DNA of 64,000 bases from Candidatus Latescibacterota bacterium (GCA_965203175.1 OZ241867.1:832001-896000), one strand, 5' to 3'. Positions 9,476 to 20,523 are shown, counted from the first letter of the stretch. Program-made: numbers and translations. Notes: generated by a model from the sequence alone, not told the origin.

Positions 9476-11601
9476 GCGCGCTCGCCGCCGTGCTCTGTCT
9501 GGCTCTCGCTGGGACCGCCTTGGCCCAAGAGGATTTGCGCGAAATATCGGCCCATGAAGCCGATGGTCACAAGGTGGCTCAGATACGCTTCGTTCACCGA
9601 GGCGCAAAGCGCATCAAAGGAGAGACCTTGCGCTCGGCCATGCTAACCCAAGAAGGCAAGCGCTTCCAACGCCGCTTCTTCAAAAACGACCTGAGCGGCC
9701 TAGTCAATCTCTATTACAGCAAGGGCTATCGCGACGCCGAGATCGTCCGCAAGCTCCTGCGGTTGGACGCCAAAAACCGAGTCCACATTCACATTGAAAT
9801 CAACAGCGGTGCGCTGTGGACGGTGCGCGCCCTAACGCTCGTAGGAGGTGCGCCTTTTGCGGCCGATACCCTGCGTGCTCAGGTCGGCCTGCGCGCGGGC
9901 GCGCCTCTCGACTACGGCAAGGTGCTCGAAGGCGAGCGCCAACTACAGGTCTTTCTCAATCAGCGCGGCTACCCTCATGCCGCAGTGCGCAACGAGTGGG
10001 TGGAGGACGACCGCGCCAGCCGCAGCACAGAGGTAGTCTTTCACATCAATCCCGGGCGCAAGATGTACTTCGGTGCCGTCGAGGTCGAAAACCTCGACCA
10101 GCTATACACGCGCAAGGAGGTAATCGAGCGCTATCTGGACTTTGAACAAGGGGACTTATACAATCCCGAGCAGCTAGCCAAAAGCCGCGGGCAACTGGCG
10201 AAGACCGGCCTGTTCCGCTCGGTCTTTCTACTCACTCCCGAGACGGGTGACAGCTTGCAGCCGGTCGTGGTTCGCTTAAAAGAAAGAAAGCGCATCTCCC
10301 TAAGCGCCGGTGCCTTCTTCAGCAACATTGAGCCGCGCGTAGGCGGGGTCGTGCAGCACAACAACTGGCTGGGTCGTGGCGCTCGGCTAAGCCTCAATGC
10401 CGGTTGGGGGAAACCGGAGCAGGGCGTCACCGCGTCCTTTACCGAGCGCAACTTGCTGGGCACGGGCGCTGACTTGGTGTTGTCGGCAGGGGTCACCGAC
10501 AAGTGGCAGCCGACCAAGCAGCCGGGCAACCCAGACGACCAGCGGCAAGTCGCACTTTTGACGACCAACGATTCGGTGCTCAACGGCTTTTTGTTTATTC
10601 CCTTCGGCGGGGAAGCGACCATACGACAGTATATAAACACAGCCACCTTCAACTACCTCGCAGTTGAGCATTTGTGGAAAGCTGAAGCAACGCTCACCAA
10701 GGGTTGGCGCGAGATCTACCAAGCCCAAGTCTCTATTAGCGGAGAAGACTCGCGCACCCGGCCCGATCCGAGCGAGCGCATCGACTACGCGCCTAAGCCT
10801 CTCGATCCCGGAGACGAGGGTGAAACTAACAGCGATGAGACGACCGACGCGGACGCTCTGTTTGGCGACGGCGACTTCGATTTCTCTGGCAAAGGCAATT
10901 TCTCTGCCCAAGACGAGGTTATAGACTACAGCGACGGCAAGATCCCAGTGACGGCGGATTGGCTGCGAATTCTGACCGAACGCGAGCGCTCGGTCAATTT
11001 GGAGACCGAGTTTTTGCGCGACTCGCGCGATGACCCCTTTGCTCCCACGCGCGGTGCGCTCTTGCGGTTGACCGGACTCTACGCCTACTCGTTCACTCTG
11101 GGCCGGCACCAGACTTATGTGATCGATGGTGAGGCCGCATTCACATATTACCAACCGCTCTCGCGTCGGCTGGTGTTGGCCCTAGCCCTGCAAGGAGGAG
11201 GGGCGGCCTCGTTGCGCGAGAGACGGCCGCTACCGCAGAAGTACTGGTGGGCATACGGAGGCGAGGGGTCCCTGCGCGGCGTTGAGCGCGACGCCATAAA
11301 CGCACCGGGCGGCGGACGCCTCGGCCTGAATATGCGCGGGGAATTGCGCTATCAGCGGAACAACTTCGGTTTCGTTGGCTTTTGGGATCGGGCGCAGGTC
11401 TGGCGCAAGCCAAGCCAAGCGACCTTGTGGCACATGGTGGATGGTTATGGGGTGGGGCTGCGCTACGTTTTGGGCTTTCCCCTCCGGCTCGACATAGCCT
11501 TCAACGATGGATCCCTCGGCAACCAATCTGACGAGAAACAGTGGTGGAGGCGGTTGTATCAGCGGAAGCAGTTGTATTTTAACATTGGTCAGGCTTTTTA
11601 A
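9472..11601 (+). CDS. Omp85 family outer membrane protein (TamA/BamA-like)
   Basis: Signal peptide, POTRA-like repeats (YYSKGY, NQRGY, TGLFRSV), GGEGSLRG loop, C-terminal YFNIGQAF beta-signal. Confidence 0.88.
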   Translation: MSALAAVLCLALAGTALAQEDLREISAHEADGHKVAQIRFVHRGAKRIKGETLRSAMLTQEGKRFQRRFFKNDLSGLVNLYYSKGYRDAEIVRKLLRLDAKNRVHIHIEINSGALWTVRALTLVGGAPFAADTLRAQVGLRAGAPLDYGKVLEGERQLQVFLNQRGYPHAAVRNEWVEDDRASRSTEVVFHINPGRKMYFGAVEVENLDQLYTRKEVIERYLDFEQGDLYNPEQLAKSRGQLAKTGLFRSVFLLTPETGDSLQPVVVRLKERKRISLSAGAFFSNIEPRVGGVVQHNNWLGRGARLSLNAGWGKPEQGVTASFTERNLLGTGADLVLSAGVTDKWQPTKQPGNPDDQRQVALLTTNDSVLNGFLFIPFGGEATIRQYINTATFNYLAVEHLWKAEATLTKGWREIYQAQVSISGEDSRTRPDPSERIDYAPKPLDPGDEGETNSDETTDADALFGDGDFDFSGKGNFSAQDEVIDYSDGKIPVTADWLRILTERERSVNLETEFLRDSRDDPFAPTRGALLRLTGLYAYSFTLGRHQTYVIDGEAAFTYYQPLSRRLVLALALQGGGAASLRERRPLPQKYWWAYGGEGSLRGVERDAINAPGGGRLGLNMRGELRYQRNNFGFVGFWDRAQVWRKPSQATLWHMVDGYGVGLRYVLGFPLRLDIAFNDGSLGNQSDEKQWWRRLYQRKQLYFNIGQAF

Positions 11602-12462
11602 ATGGTCGAGATAATACATCACGCCGACGCCAGCGAGCTGATTGCGCTTGCTGGTGCTTGCCTCGAAGCGCATGAGAGCGAAAACAACTTGCCGATCGGC
11701 CTCGCGTACGCGCTCGCCAAAGATTCCCTGTGCTACGGGCCCGAGCCGCCGTTATTATTGAGCGTCTTGGAACAAGGCAGCGCGATCGGCGCGGCCGTAA
11801 TGACGCCGCCGAGAAGAATCATCCTCAGCAAGTTCGTTGCGAACGTCGAAGAGGCTATCGCCCATCTCGTTCGTCGCCTTCTTGAAACAGATGCATCCCT
11901 CCCCGGCGTTGTCGGGCCAGCGTCCGAAGCGCAAGCCTTTGCCGCTTGCTGGGCCGAGGCCGTGCCTAGTGTAGCGCCTAAGGAGACTATGCGGCTGCGC
12001 GTATTTGAGGCGCGCACGGTCGTCGACGTGCCCTTCGCTGAGGGGGCGCTGCGCTTGGCCAGCATGGACGATCATCCGCTCATGGCGCACTGGATGGACG
12101 CCTTTTCGCAGGAGGCGTTAGGGGAACCAGCCGATCTCGACAAAGCCGAGAAAAGCGCCGAGCGGTTCATTGCCGACAAACAACTGTACATTTGGGATTG
12201 CAATGGGCCGGTCTCCATTGCCAAAACGACGCGCCCGATGCGCAACGGCATATCCGTCACCGCGGTGTACACGCCGCCCGATCAGCGCAACAAGGGATAC
12301 GCCACTTCGTGCGTCGCGTCGCTGACCAAGAAGCTGCTCTCCGAGCGCTATTCGTTTTGCAGCCTATTTGCCGATCAAGCCAATCCAACCTCCAACAGCA
12401 TCTACGCGAAAATCGGCTACGTGCCTTTGGGGGATGCGCTAGAAATTGATTTTGCTACCTAA
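11602..12462 (+). CDS. GNAT family N-acetyltransferase
   Basis: [13 protein letters not shown] acetyl-CoA motif; [13 protein letters not shown]. Confidence 0.88.
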   Translation: MVEIIHHADASELIALAGACLEAHESENNLPIGLAYALAKDSLCYGPEPPLLLSVLEQGSAIGAAVMTPPRRIILSKFVANVEEAIAHLVRRLLETDASLPGVVGPASEAQAFAACWAEAVPSVAPKETMRLRVFEARTVVDVPFAEGALRLASMDDHPLMAHWMDAFSQEALGEPADLDKAEKSAERFIADKQLYIWDCNGPVSIAKTTRPMRNGISVTAVYTPPDQRNKGYATSCVASLTKKLLSERYSFCSLFADQANPTSNSIYAKIGYVPLGDALEIDFAT

Positions 12463-12500
12463 AACTCGCTGTCAGACGGCAGCTTTTTGAAAGAGCTATT

Positions 12501-14342
12501 ATGCAATCATTTCGCAGCAGTACCACCACGCAGGGGAGGCGCATGGCCGGCGCGCGTGCCCTGTGGCGCGCCACCGGCATGAAGACCGAGGACTTCCAAA
12601 AGCCCATCGTCGCCATCGCCAACTCCTTTACTCAGTTCGTGCCCGGACACGTGCATCTGCATCCCATCGGCCAGAAGGTCAAGGAAGTGATCGATCAGCA
12701 CGGCGGCTACGGCGTGGAGTTCAACACCATTGCCGTGGACGACGGCATTGCCATGGGCCACGACGGCATGCTCTACTCCCTGCCGAGCCGCGAGCTAATC
12801 GCCGACAGCGTCGAGTACATGGTGCAGGCCCACAAGGCCGATGCCCTCGTCTGCATCTCCAATTGCGACAAAATCACTCCGGGCATGTTGCTGGCCGCAC
12901 TCAGGCTCAACATCCCGGCGATCTTCGTCTCGGGCGGGCCAATGGAGGCCGGCAAAACCGAACTGTCAACGGGCCGCGCCAAGCTCGATTTGGTCGACTC
13001 CATGGTCGCCGCGGCTGACCCCAACTTGAGCGACGAGGACGTGGCCAAGATGGAGGAACAGGCCTGCCCGACTTGTGGCTCGTGCTCGGGCATGTTCACC
13101 GCCAACTCCATGAACTGTCTCAACGAGGCCATCGGCCTAGCCCTGCCGGGCAACGGCACCATCCTCGCCACGCACGCGCTACGCTGGGAGCTTTTTGCCG
13201 CGGCCGGCAAGCGGATTGTCGAAATGGCCAAGGCATTTTACCTAGAGGGAGACACGTCGGTGCTGCCGCGCAGCATTGCGAACTTCGCCGCCTTTGAAAA
13301 CGCCATGACCTTGGACATTGCCATGGGCGGCTCCACCAACACGGTCCTGCACCTGTTGGCCATGGCCCGCGAGGCCGAAGTCAATTTCACCATGGCCGAC
13401 ATCGACCGGCTCTCGCGGCAAGTCCCCTGTATCTGCAAAGTGGCACCGGCCACGCAGGAGTTTCACATAGAAGACATCGCGCGCGGCGGCGGCATTATGA
13501 GCATCTTAGGCGAACTGTTGCGCGGCGGCAAAATCCACCCGGAGCCCAAGACCGTTGCCGGGGCGTCGCTGGGCGACCTGATCGCCGCAAACGACATCCG
13601 CGGATCGGGTACAATCGACGCAATGGCCACGCAGCGGGCGTTGGCGGCTCCGGGCAACGTGCGGACCAAAACCGCCTTCTCCCAGAACAACTTTTACGCC
13701 GAGTCGGACGCGGACGATCAAACGGGCTGCATCCGCTCGGTCGCGCACGCCTATTCGCAGGACGGCGGGCTGGCCGTGCTTTTCGGCAACATCGCCGAGG
13801 AGGGCTGCATCGTGAAAACGGCTGGCGTCGATGAGTCGATCTGGGTGTTTGAGGGCACGGCCCAAATCTTCGAGTCGCAGGACGAAGCATGCGAGGGCAT
13901 CCTCGGCGGCAAAGTCCGCGACGGCGACGTGGTAGTAATCCGCTACGAGGGTCCCAAAGGCGGGCCAGGGATGCAGGAGATGCTCTATCCAACGTCGTAC
14001 ATCAAGTCCATGGGGCTGGGCAAGACCTGTGCACTGCTGACCGACGGCCGCTTTTCCGGCGGCACCTCCGGGCTGTCGATCGGTCACGTCTCGCCGGAGG
14101 CAGCCGAGGGCGGAGCACTGGCCCTAGTGGAAACCGGCGACCGGATTCGCATCGACATTCCCAACCGCAAAATCGACGTGCTAATCGCAGACGCCGAACT
14201 CTCCTCCCGTCGCCAAAAAATAGACGCCTACCGCCCCCGCAACCGCCAGCGCCACATCCCCCAATCGCTACAGGCGTATGCCGCACTGACGACAAGCGCA
14301 GCACACGGGGCCGTGCGGGACGTGGGTCAGCTACAGAAATAG
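12501..14342 (+). CDS. ilvD: Dihydroxy-acid dehydratase
   Basis: [49 protein letters not shown]. Confidence 0.97.
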   Translation: MQSFRSSTTTQGRRMAGARALWRATGMKTEDFQKPIVAIANSFTQFVPGHVHLHPIGQKVKEVIDQHGGYGVEFNTIAVDDGIAMGHDGMLYSLPSRELIADSVEYMVQAHKADALVCISNCDKITPGMLLAALRLNIPAIFVSGGPMEAGKTELSTGRAKLDLVDSMVAAADPNLSDEDVAKMEEQACPTCGSCSGMFTANSMNCLNEAIGLALPGNGTILATHALRWELFAAAGKRIVEMAKAFYLEGDTSVLPRSIANFAAFENAMTLDIAMGGSTNTVLHLLAMAREAEVNFTMADIDRLSRQVPCICKVAPATQEFHIEDIARGGGIMSILGELLRGGKIHPEPKTVAGASLGDLIAANDIRGSGTIDAMATQRALAAPGNVRTKTAFSQNNFYAESDADDQTGCIRSVAHAYSQDGGLAVLFGNIAEEGCIVKTAGVDESIWVFEGTAQIFESQDEACEGILGGKVRDGDVVVIRYEGPKGGPGMQEMLYPTSYIKSMGLGKTCALLTDGRFSGGTSGLSIGHVSPEAAEGGALALVETGDRIRIDIPNRKIDVLIADAELSSRRQKIDAYRPRNRQRHIPQSLQAYAALTTSAAHGAVRDVGQLQK

Positions 14343-14364
14343 CTCTACAAACAAAAGGAATCCC

Positions 14365-15321
14365 ATGAAAATCACAGTACTAGACGGACACACCCTAAAC
14401 CCCGGCGACAACCCCTGGGACCCGGTCTCGGCGCTGGGCGAATTTGCGGTGTACGACAAAACGCCTGACGACCTGATCTTGGAGCGGGCCGCAGACGCCG
14501 ACGTGATCTTGACCAACAAGGTGCCGCTGACGGCCGAGACATTTGACCAACTGCCCAACCTGCGCTTCGTGTCGGTTACGGCCACTGGGTACAACGTCGT
14601 CGATGTGGAAGCTGCGCGCGCCCGCGCCATCCCCGTGTCGAACATTCCAGTGTACGGCACCGATTCGGTCGCCCAATACACCATGGCGCTGCTGCTAGAG
14701 ATGTGCCACCACGTCGGTCGCCACGACGCTGCGGTCCATCGCGGCGGCTGGGCTGAATCGGGCCATTGGTGTTTTTGGGAGACGCCGCTGACGGAGCTGG
14801 CCGGGAAAATCATCGGCCTCGTGGGCTTTGGGCGCATCGGCCAGCGCGTCGGCGAGTTGGCCCACGCTTTTGGCATGGAAGTCTGGGCTTATGCTCCATC
14901 GCCAAAGAACCCGCCGGGGTACGCGCCGTTTGCCCTCAAGAGCACGGAGGAGATTTTTGCCGGAGCCGACGTGGTCAGCTTGCACTGCCCGCAGACGCCC
15001 GACAACACCGGCTTTGTCAACGCCGAGTTGTTGGCGACCATGAAGGAAGGGGCGCTTTTCATCAACACGTCGCGCGGAGCACTCGTCGATGAAGAAACCC
15101 TCTTGGAAGCACTGCGCGCTGGCAAGCCCCAAGCGGCGGCAACAGACGTGGCTTCCGTCGAGCCGATTGTCAACGGCAATCCGCTCTTGCAGGCACCTAA
15201 TCTGCTCATCACGCCGCACATGGCTTGGGCTACCCTAGAGGCGCGCAAGCGCCTGATGCAGATGACGGCAGAAAACGTGCGGGCTTTTCTGGACGGCACG
15301 CCGATCAACGTGGTGAACTAA
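14365..15321 (+). CDS. D-2-hydroxyacid dehydrogenase (glycerate dehydrogenase/HprA-like)
   Basis: MKITVLDG, GFGRIG, SLHCP, INTSRG, ITPHMAW. Confidence 0.9.
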   Translation: MKITVLDGHTLNPGDNPWDPVSALGEFAVYDKTPDDLILERAADADVILTNKVPLTAETFDQLPNLRFVSVTATGYNVVDVEAARARAIPVSNIPVYGTDSVAQYTMALLLEMCHHVGRHDAAVHRGGWAESGHWCFWETPLTELAGKIIGLVGFGRIGQRVGELAHAFGMEVWAYAPSPKNPPGYAPFALKSTEEIFAGADVVSLHCPQTPDNTGFVNAELLATMKEGALFINTSRGALVDEETLLEALRAGKPQAAATDVASVEPIVNGNPLLQAPNLLITPHMAWATLEARKRLMQMTAENVRAFLDGTPINVVN

Positions 15322-15326
15322 GTAAC

Positions 15327-17588
15327 ATGGTAGAGCTTAATGACGGCCAGCCCTTCGCCACGCTCGAAGACGCCCGCGATGCGGTACGGGAACTGAAGGC
15401 GACCACCGGCCTACCCGCCGACGGCCTGAGAGTCCTGGTGCGCGGCGGGGTTCACGCGCTGGCGCACGGCGTGCGCTTCGGCCCGGAGGACTCGGGTACG
15501 GCCGCAGCCCCCATCGTGTATCGCCCTGCCGAGGGCGAGACGGTGCGTCTTTTGGGCGGCCGGCAACTCGACCCGGCGGCGTGGACTCCGGTGATCGATC
15601 CTGCGGTCCGGACCCGTCTGGCCGAGGAGGCGAAGGAACACGTCGTGCAGATCAATCTGGTCGCCCAGGGAGTGACAGACCTTGGCACCTTTGTCTCGCG
15701 CGGATTCGGCCGCGACACCGCACCGGCCCATCTGGAGCTCTTTTTCAATGACCTGCCCATGACCGTGGCCCAGTGGCCCAATGCCGGACAGTTCGCCACA
15801 ATCACCGGCTTCACCAATCCGATGTCCAACCCGTGGGGCCAGGAAGCGGGAGATCTGACCGGCGGGTTCACCTACGAAGGGGACCGGCCGAGTCGCTGGG
15901 CACCGACCGACGACATCTGGGTGCACGGGTATTGGGGCTATGACTGGGCCAACTCCTACGAGCGGGTCAGCCGTCTCGATCCCGAGAACCGCTTAGTGGA
16001 AACCGCCCCGCCCCATGGCAACCACCACTTCACCCCGGGGCAGCGGTTCTACTTCCTCAATGTCCTAGAGGAGCTCGACCAACCCAGTGAGTACTACGTG
16101 GACCAAACCAACGGCATCCTCTACTTCTGGCCTCCGAGCGAGCTGTCCGAGGCGGAGACCGTGGTATCAGAGGTGAGCGAGCCGCTGCTGACGCTGCAGA
16201 ACGTCAGCCACGTGGAGCTTCGCGGTCTGACCGTGGAAGCGGGCCGTGGCAGCGGCATCGAGGCCGAGGGCGGCGAGGGGCTGCGCATCATCAGCTGCAC
16301 CATTCGCAACTGCGGTACCTGGGCCGTGCGGATCGAGGGCGGAACCAACCACACCGTGGCCGGATGCGACATCTACGGCTGTGGCGACGGCGGCGTCAGC
16401 GTCAACGGCGGCGACCGTCCTAGTCTGACTCCCTGCAACCACGCCGTCGTCAACAATCACATCCACCACTTTGCGCGCTGGACCCGCTGCTATGTCGCCG
16501 GCATCGGGGCGGGCGGGGTCGGCATGCGCTTCGCCCACAACCTGATCCACGACGCGCCGCACAATGCCATCCTGTTCTGGGGCAACGATTTTCTGATCGA
16601 GAACAACGAGATCTACCGGGTCTGCTTGGAGACCGGGGACGCCGGAGCCATCTACACCGGCCGCGACTTCACCTACCGAGGCAACGTCATCCGCCGCAAC
16701 TTCATCCACCACATGGGTGGCGTCGGCATGGGCACCATGGCCATCTACATGGACGACTGCGTCAGCGGCACCCACATTGCAGAGAACACCCTCTGGCGCT
16801 GCCAGACCGCCGTCGTGCTGGGCGGCGGGCGCGACTTCACTGTCGAGCAAAACGTCTTCGTGGAGTGTCTTCTCGCCATCGGTGCCGACGCCCGCGGGAT
16901 AAGCACCAATCCGGTCTGGCAGAACAACATCAAGGGACTGCGGGAAAGCCTCAAAGCGATGCGCTACAACGAGCCCCCCTACAGCGAGCGCTATCCCGAG
17001 ATCGCGAGGGTCGATCCGCACTATGCGGCGGGGAAGGGTGTGCCGCCGGAGCACAACCGGGTCGAGCTCAACATCTGTTGGCACTCCCCCTGGATCGGCG
17101 AGCCTTGGCCGACCGGGGCGGACAACGGCATTACCGAGAAAGACAACTTGGTCGCCATCGACCCCAGATTCACGGACGAGGCCTTCGGGGTGCTGACCCT
17201 CGGCCCGGGGTCACCGGCGCAGGGCTGGGGGGCTGGCGTGATTCCTCTCGACGAGATCGGCCTGATCCGGGACGCTGCCCGCGCCACCGTGCCGCCGCGC
17301 GTGCGCACTGCCCTAGAACTGGGGGCACCACGAAGGAACGGCGAGTCGGCAGAGCTGCGCTTGCGGTTGCGCAACGATGGCACCGACCCGGCCCGGGGCA
17401 CGGTCGTGGTAGAGACGAGCACCTCGGCCGTCAGTGAGCGCTTCGATTACGCACTGGCTCCAAGCGAAGTCCTAACCCGCGACCTGACCGTCCGTGCCGA
17501 CGACCGGACCGTGCGGATCTACTCACCGGACAGCCGCCTGCAGCCTACGCAACTGGTCATTCCCGACCCGCAGAATAAGGCGAACTGA
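15327..17588 (+). CDS. Right-handed parallel beta-helix protein (GH141-like)
   Basis: PFATLEDARDA N-terminus, NVLEELDQPSEYY, HNLIHDAPH, DAGAIY, AIYMDD repeats; likely start MVELNDG. Confidence 0.78.
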   Translation: MVELNDGQPFATLEDARDAVRELKATTGLPADGLRVLVRGGVHALAHGVRFGPEDSGTAAAPIVYRPAEGETVRLLGGRQLDPAAWTPVIDPAVRTRLAEEAKEHVVQINLVAQGVTDLGTFVSRGFGRDTAPAHLELFFNDLPMTVAQWPNAGQFATITGFTNPMSNPWGQEAGDLTGGFTYEGDRPSRWAPTDDIWVHGYWGYDWANSYERVSRLDPENRLVETAPPHGNHHFTPGQRFYFLNVLEELDQPSEYYVDQTNGILYFWPPSELSEAETVVSEVSEPLLTLQNVSHVELRGLTVEAGRGSGIEAEGGEGLRIISCTIRNCGTWAVRIEGGTNHTVAGCDIYGCGDGGVSVNGGDRPSLTPCNHAVVNNHIHHFARWTRCYVAGIGAGGVGMRFAHNLIHDAPHNAILFWGNDFLIENNEIYRVCLETGDAGAIYTGRDFTYRGNVIRRNFIHHMGGVGMGTMAIYMDDCVSGTHIAENTLWRCQTAVVLGGGRDFTVEQNVFVECLLAIGADARGISTNPVWQNNIKGLRESLKAMRYNEPPYSERYPEIARVDPHYAAGKGVPPEHNRVELNICWHSPWIGEPWPTGADNGITEKDNLVAIDPRFTDEAFGVLTLGPGSPAQGWGAGVIPLDEIGLIRDAARATVPPRVRTALELGAPRRNGESAELRLRLRNDGTDPARGTVVVETSTSAVSERFDYALAPSEVLTRDLTVRADDRTVRIYSPDSRLQPTQLVIPDPQNKAN

Positions 17589-17591
17589 GCG

Positions 17592-17621
17592 TTGACATTG
17601 CGCGCGATTTTCGGTTATTAT
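17592..17621 (+). promoter_or_regulatory. Sigma70-type promoter of ssrA
   Basis: TTGACA-N18-TATTAT ending 7 nt before the tmRNA 5' end. Confidence 0.7.
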
Positions 17622-17628
17622 GCTCCAA

Positions 17629-17987
17629 GGGGGCGACTTGGCTTCGACGGGGTCGGAGAAGCCCAAATTGCGTGCCGAGGTCCCGACACCTCGTAAATCC
17701 TCGGGAAACAATTAAGCGACGAAACTAACACGTACGCTCTGGCTGCCTAAATTTAGCGCAGCCCATTGGGGTCTGTTGAGCCTGCGCGGCAGGCCCCAAT
17801 GTCAACTCTTAGCAGGCTGGTCCCAAACTTTCGCCCGAGGGAATGGGACGAGATTTTTCGGGCTGGCTCGTTGCGAGGCCCGTTGGCCGGCAGCGCAACA
17901 GGCAAGATAACTAAGGCCGACTACGCACGTAGTATATTTCGGTAGAACCGGTCTCGGACGCGGGTTCGATTCCCGCCGCCTCCACCA
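17629..17987 (+). ncRNA. ssrA: tmRNA; tag reading frame (A)DETNTYALAA* at 17718-17750
   Basis: 5' GGGGGCGAC..GGCTTCGAC; 3' T-arm GGGTTCGATTCCC and acceptor GCCTCCACCA; internal ORF ending YALAA-stop. Confidence 0.96.
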
Positions 17988-17992
17988 TCTTC

Positions 17993-18032
17993 AAGCGCGA
18001 CCTCTGCATACCGAGGTCGCGCTTTCTATTTT
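17993..18032 (+). terminator. ssrA terminator
   Basis: 12-bp perfect stem AAGCGCGACCTC/GAGGTCGCGCTT followed by a T-rich tract. Confidence 0.85.
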
Positions 18033-18104
18033 GTTGTGTCATCCCTAAGAGGCCTTTTATATTCTCTATCTCTAATTGGCGACGTAGAGTTCGAGAGGCT
18101 CTCA

Positions 18105-20471
18105 ATGAAACAGCACCTCAACTCGATCCGTTACACTGCATTTGTTTCGACTGCCGCTCTGGCGCTCTGGTGCGGGTCCACCCTGTCGGCCGAGCAGTTG
18201 CGCTACGACTCGGCGCGCGACTGGCGGCAGTGGGAGTTGCCCCTGGGCGCGGTGGACCTGACGGCGCTGGGCGTGATCCAGCCCACCCGTATCGAAAGGC
18301 TGACCGACGCCGTGCGCGACTTGGACGCCTTCGACGGCGGCATCCGCAACGCCGGCTCCAACCTCAACCTAGCCCGCTTCGCCATCGATGGCGACCCGGC
18401 GACCGGCTGGGCACCCGACCCGGAAGCCGAACCCGAGAATTGGTTTCTCGAAGTCGACCTCGGCCGCGCCGTTTCGGCCCACAGCGTCACCCTAGTCTTC
18501 GACGAAGCAGCAGCCCCCTTCGAGCTTTTCGATCTGCTGATTTCTACCGGCGAACCCGAAACCGACGTTATCGCCGCGCCCATCGAGGGGTCGCTCGTCT
18601 ACCGCACTAAGGAGCGCTTCAAGGAAAACACCCGCCACCGGGTGACCTACGAAATAGCGGAAATCGACGTCGAGCCGCTGCAGTTTATCCGCTTCGATCC
18701 CTTGCTGATAGTGCCCGACGCCCGCCTGGTCGAGATCGAAGTCGAGACCATCGGCGACAATATCGCTCTCGGTCTGCTGGAACGGGGGGGAGCCGTCGAC
18801 ATCAATACCAACCTCGCCCAGATTGACCAGCAACCCCTCGGCAAGGCCAGAGCCCTTTTCGATGGCGACCTCTACTTAGGCTGGAGAGCCGGCAGCGCCG
18901 GGCGAGGCCTCAATGATATTCTCTCACACATGGTCCTCGACCTGGGCGCTGTCTACTGGGTCGACCAGATCCGGGTCATCGGCGGCGTGGTTGAGAAGTC
19001 GTTTTTTGGCGGTGCCATCACCAGCAGACACATTGTCTCCCGGCGGCGCTGGGGCTTTCGCTTCTACGAGTTGATGACCTCCGATGGCTCGCTCTCGCCC
19101 GACGGCTCGCGCCTGTGGACCAAGCACTTCTCGGGCGAAGCGCCCGTCCACCAGCGGTCCAAAGGGCTGGTAGACCACCATTTCGACCTGCAGCCTACCC
19201 GCTACATGCGCATCTTCTGGAAATTCTGGGACACTAGCTGCTTCTCCTTCCAGAGCCTAGGCGTGAGGGGCGGTAGCTTCAGAGTGCCCGGCTGCAGCGC
19301 CGGCGGTGGCACCGACGAGATCCAAATCTTCGGCCGCGGCTTCCCCCAGGAAGTCGGTTTTCGCTCGCCGCTGATCGATCTGGGCGAGAGCAAAAACCTC
19401 AACTCGATAGAATGGAGCGGCGACCAGCCGCTGGGCACCCTGATCGAGATCCGCACTCGCACCGGCAATGAAGTCGTCGAGACCTTGACCTACCACGACA
19501 AGAACGGCAAGGAAGTCACCGAGAGGAAGTACAACAAGCTGATCCCCAGCTTCAAAGGCCCCATCGACACCACCCTCGCCGCCGGCGGTGACTGGAGCGC
19601 CTGGAGCCGGATCTATAGCTTCTCCGGCGAGGCCTTCCTCTCGCCCTCGCCGCGCCGCTACATGGAAATCGACGTGCGCATGGTCTCCGACTCCCCCGAC
19701 CGCGCCGCCACCCTCGACTTCCTCGCCGCCAACTTCACCGAGCCGCTGGCCGGCCGCGTGCTCGGCGAGATATTTCCCCAGCAGGCCGAACCGGGCATAC
19801 TGACCGAATTCACCTATTACTTAAAACCCGAAAACGCCAGCGGCTTCGACCGCCTCGCCGTCGAGTCGGCCGCGCTGGTGCATTTTATGAGCGTTTCGCG
19901 CAACGGCACCGACCTCGACGTGCAGATGGACACCACCGCCAATGGCTTTCTGATCCACTTGCCCAATCGCATCCGCACCGACCAACTCATCGAGTTGAAG
20001 TTCAAATCTTCCGTATTCCGGCAATCAACCCGCTTCGACGTCTTTCTCCAGGACAGCCGCCAGGACGCTAGCGTGCGCCAGCGCGTCGACCCCGGTAACG
20101 CCTCCGAACTAATCGAGAGCAACACCAACGTCGTCAGCCTGCCCGTCAGCCGCAATCTCTTCGCCAACGTGGCGCTCTCTTCGCCGGTGATTACCCCCAA
20201 TGGCGATGGCGTCAACGACGCATTGCAACTCTCGATCGACCTAGTCAACGTGCTCAAACCGCGTCCCTTGTGGCTGCGCCTCTACGATCTGGCGGGTCGC
20301 CCCGTCTACGCCCGCGGCGAGGACGGCCGCGCCGGCCAGCACCAGTTCACCTGGGACGGCCGCGACGATGCGGGGGGCCGCGTCGCCCCCGGCCTCTACA
20401 TTCTGGAAATTCTCGTCGAAGGCGATGTCGGCGAAGAGAAGGCGCAGGAAATCATTTCGGTGGCCTACTAA
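18105..20471 (+). CDS. Secreted protein with discoidin-like domains and a C-terminal FlgD-Ig/CHU_C-like domain
   Basis: Signal peptide; AIDGDPATGW and LEVDLGR; C-terminal ITPNGDGVND..LYDLAGR..WDGRDDAG..PGLY. Confidence 0.75.
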   Translation: MKQHLNSIRYTAFVSTAALALWCGSTLSAEQLRYDSARDWRQWELPLGAVDLTALGVIQPTRIERLTDAVRDLDAFDGGIRNAGSNLNLARFAIDGDPATGWAPDPEAEPENWFLEVDLGRAVSAHSVTLVFDEAAAPFELFDLLISTGEPETDVIAAPIEGSLVYRTKERFKENTRHRVTYEIAEIDVEPLQFIRFDPLLIVPDARLVEIEVETIGDNIALGLLERGGAVDINTNLAQIDQQPLGKARALFDGDLYLGWRAGSAGRGLNDILSHMVLDLGAVYWVDQIRVIGGVVEKSFFGGAITSRHIVSRRRWGFRFYELMTSDGSLSPDGSRLWTKHFSGEAPVHQRSKGLVDHHFDLQPTRYMRIFWKFWDTSCFSFQSLGVRGGSFRVPGCSAGGGTDEIQIFGRGFPQEVGFRSPLIDLGESKNLNSIEWSGDQPLGTLIEIRTRTGNEVVETLTYHDKNGKEVTERKYNKLIPSFKGPIDTTLAAGGDWSAWSRIYSFSGEAFLSPSPRRYMEIDVRMVSDSPDRAATLDFLAANFTEPLAGRVLGEIFPQQAEPGILTEFTYYLKPENASGFDRLAVESAALVHFMSVSRNGTDLDVQMDTTANGFLIHLPNRIRTDQLIELKFKSSVFRQSTRFDVFLQDSRQDASVRQRVDPGNASELIESNTNVVSLPVSRNLFANVALSSPVITPNGDGVNDALQLSIDLVNVLKPRPLWLRLYDLAGRPVYARGEDGRAGQHQFTWDGRDDAGGRVAPGLYILEILVEGDVGEEKAQEIISVAY

Positions 20472-20523
20472 ACTTCAACGACCTGATTCTTCATGGCACT
20501 TGGCCTTCAGCAGTGACACGAAC

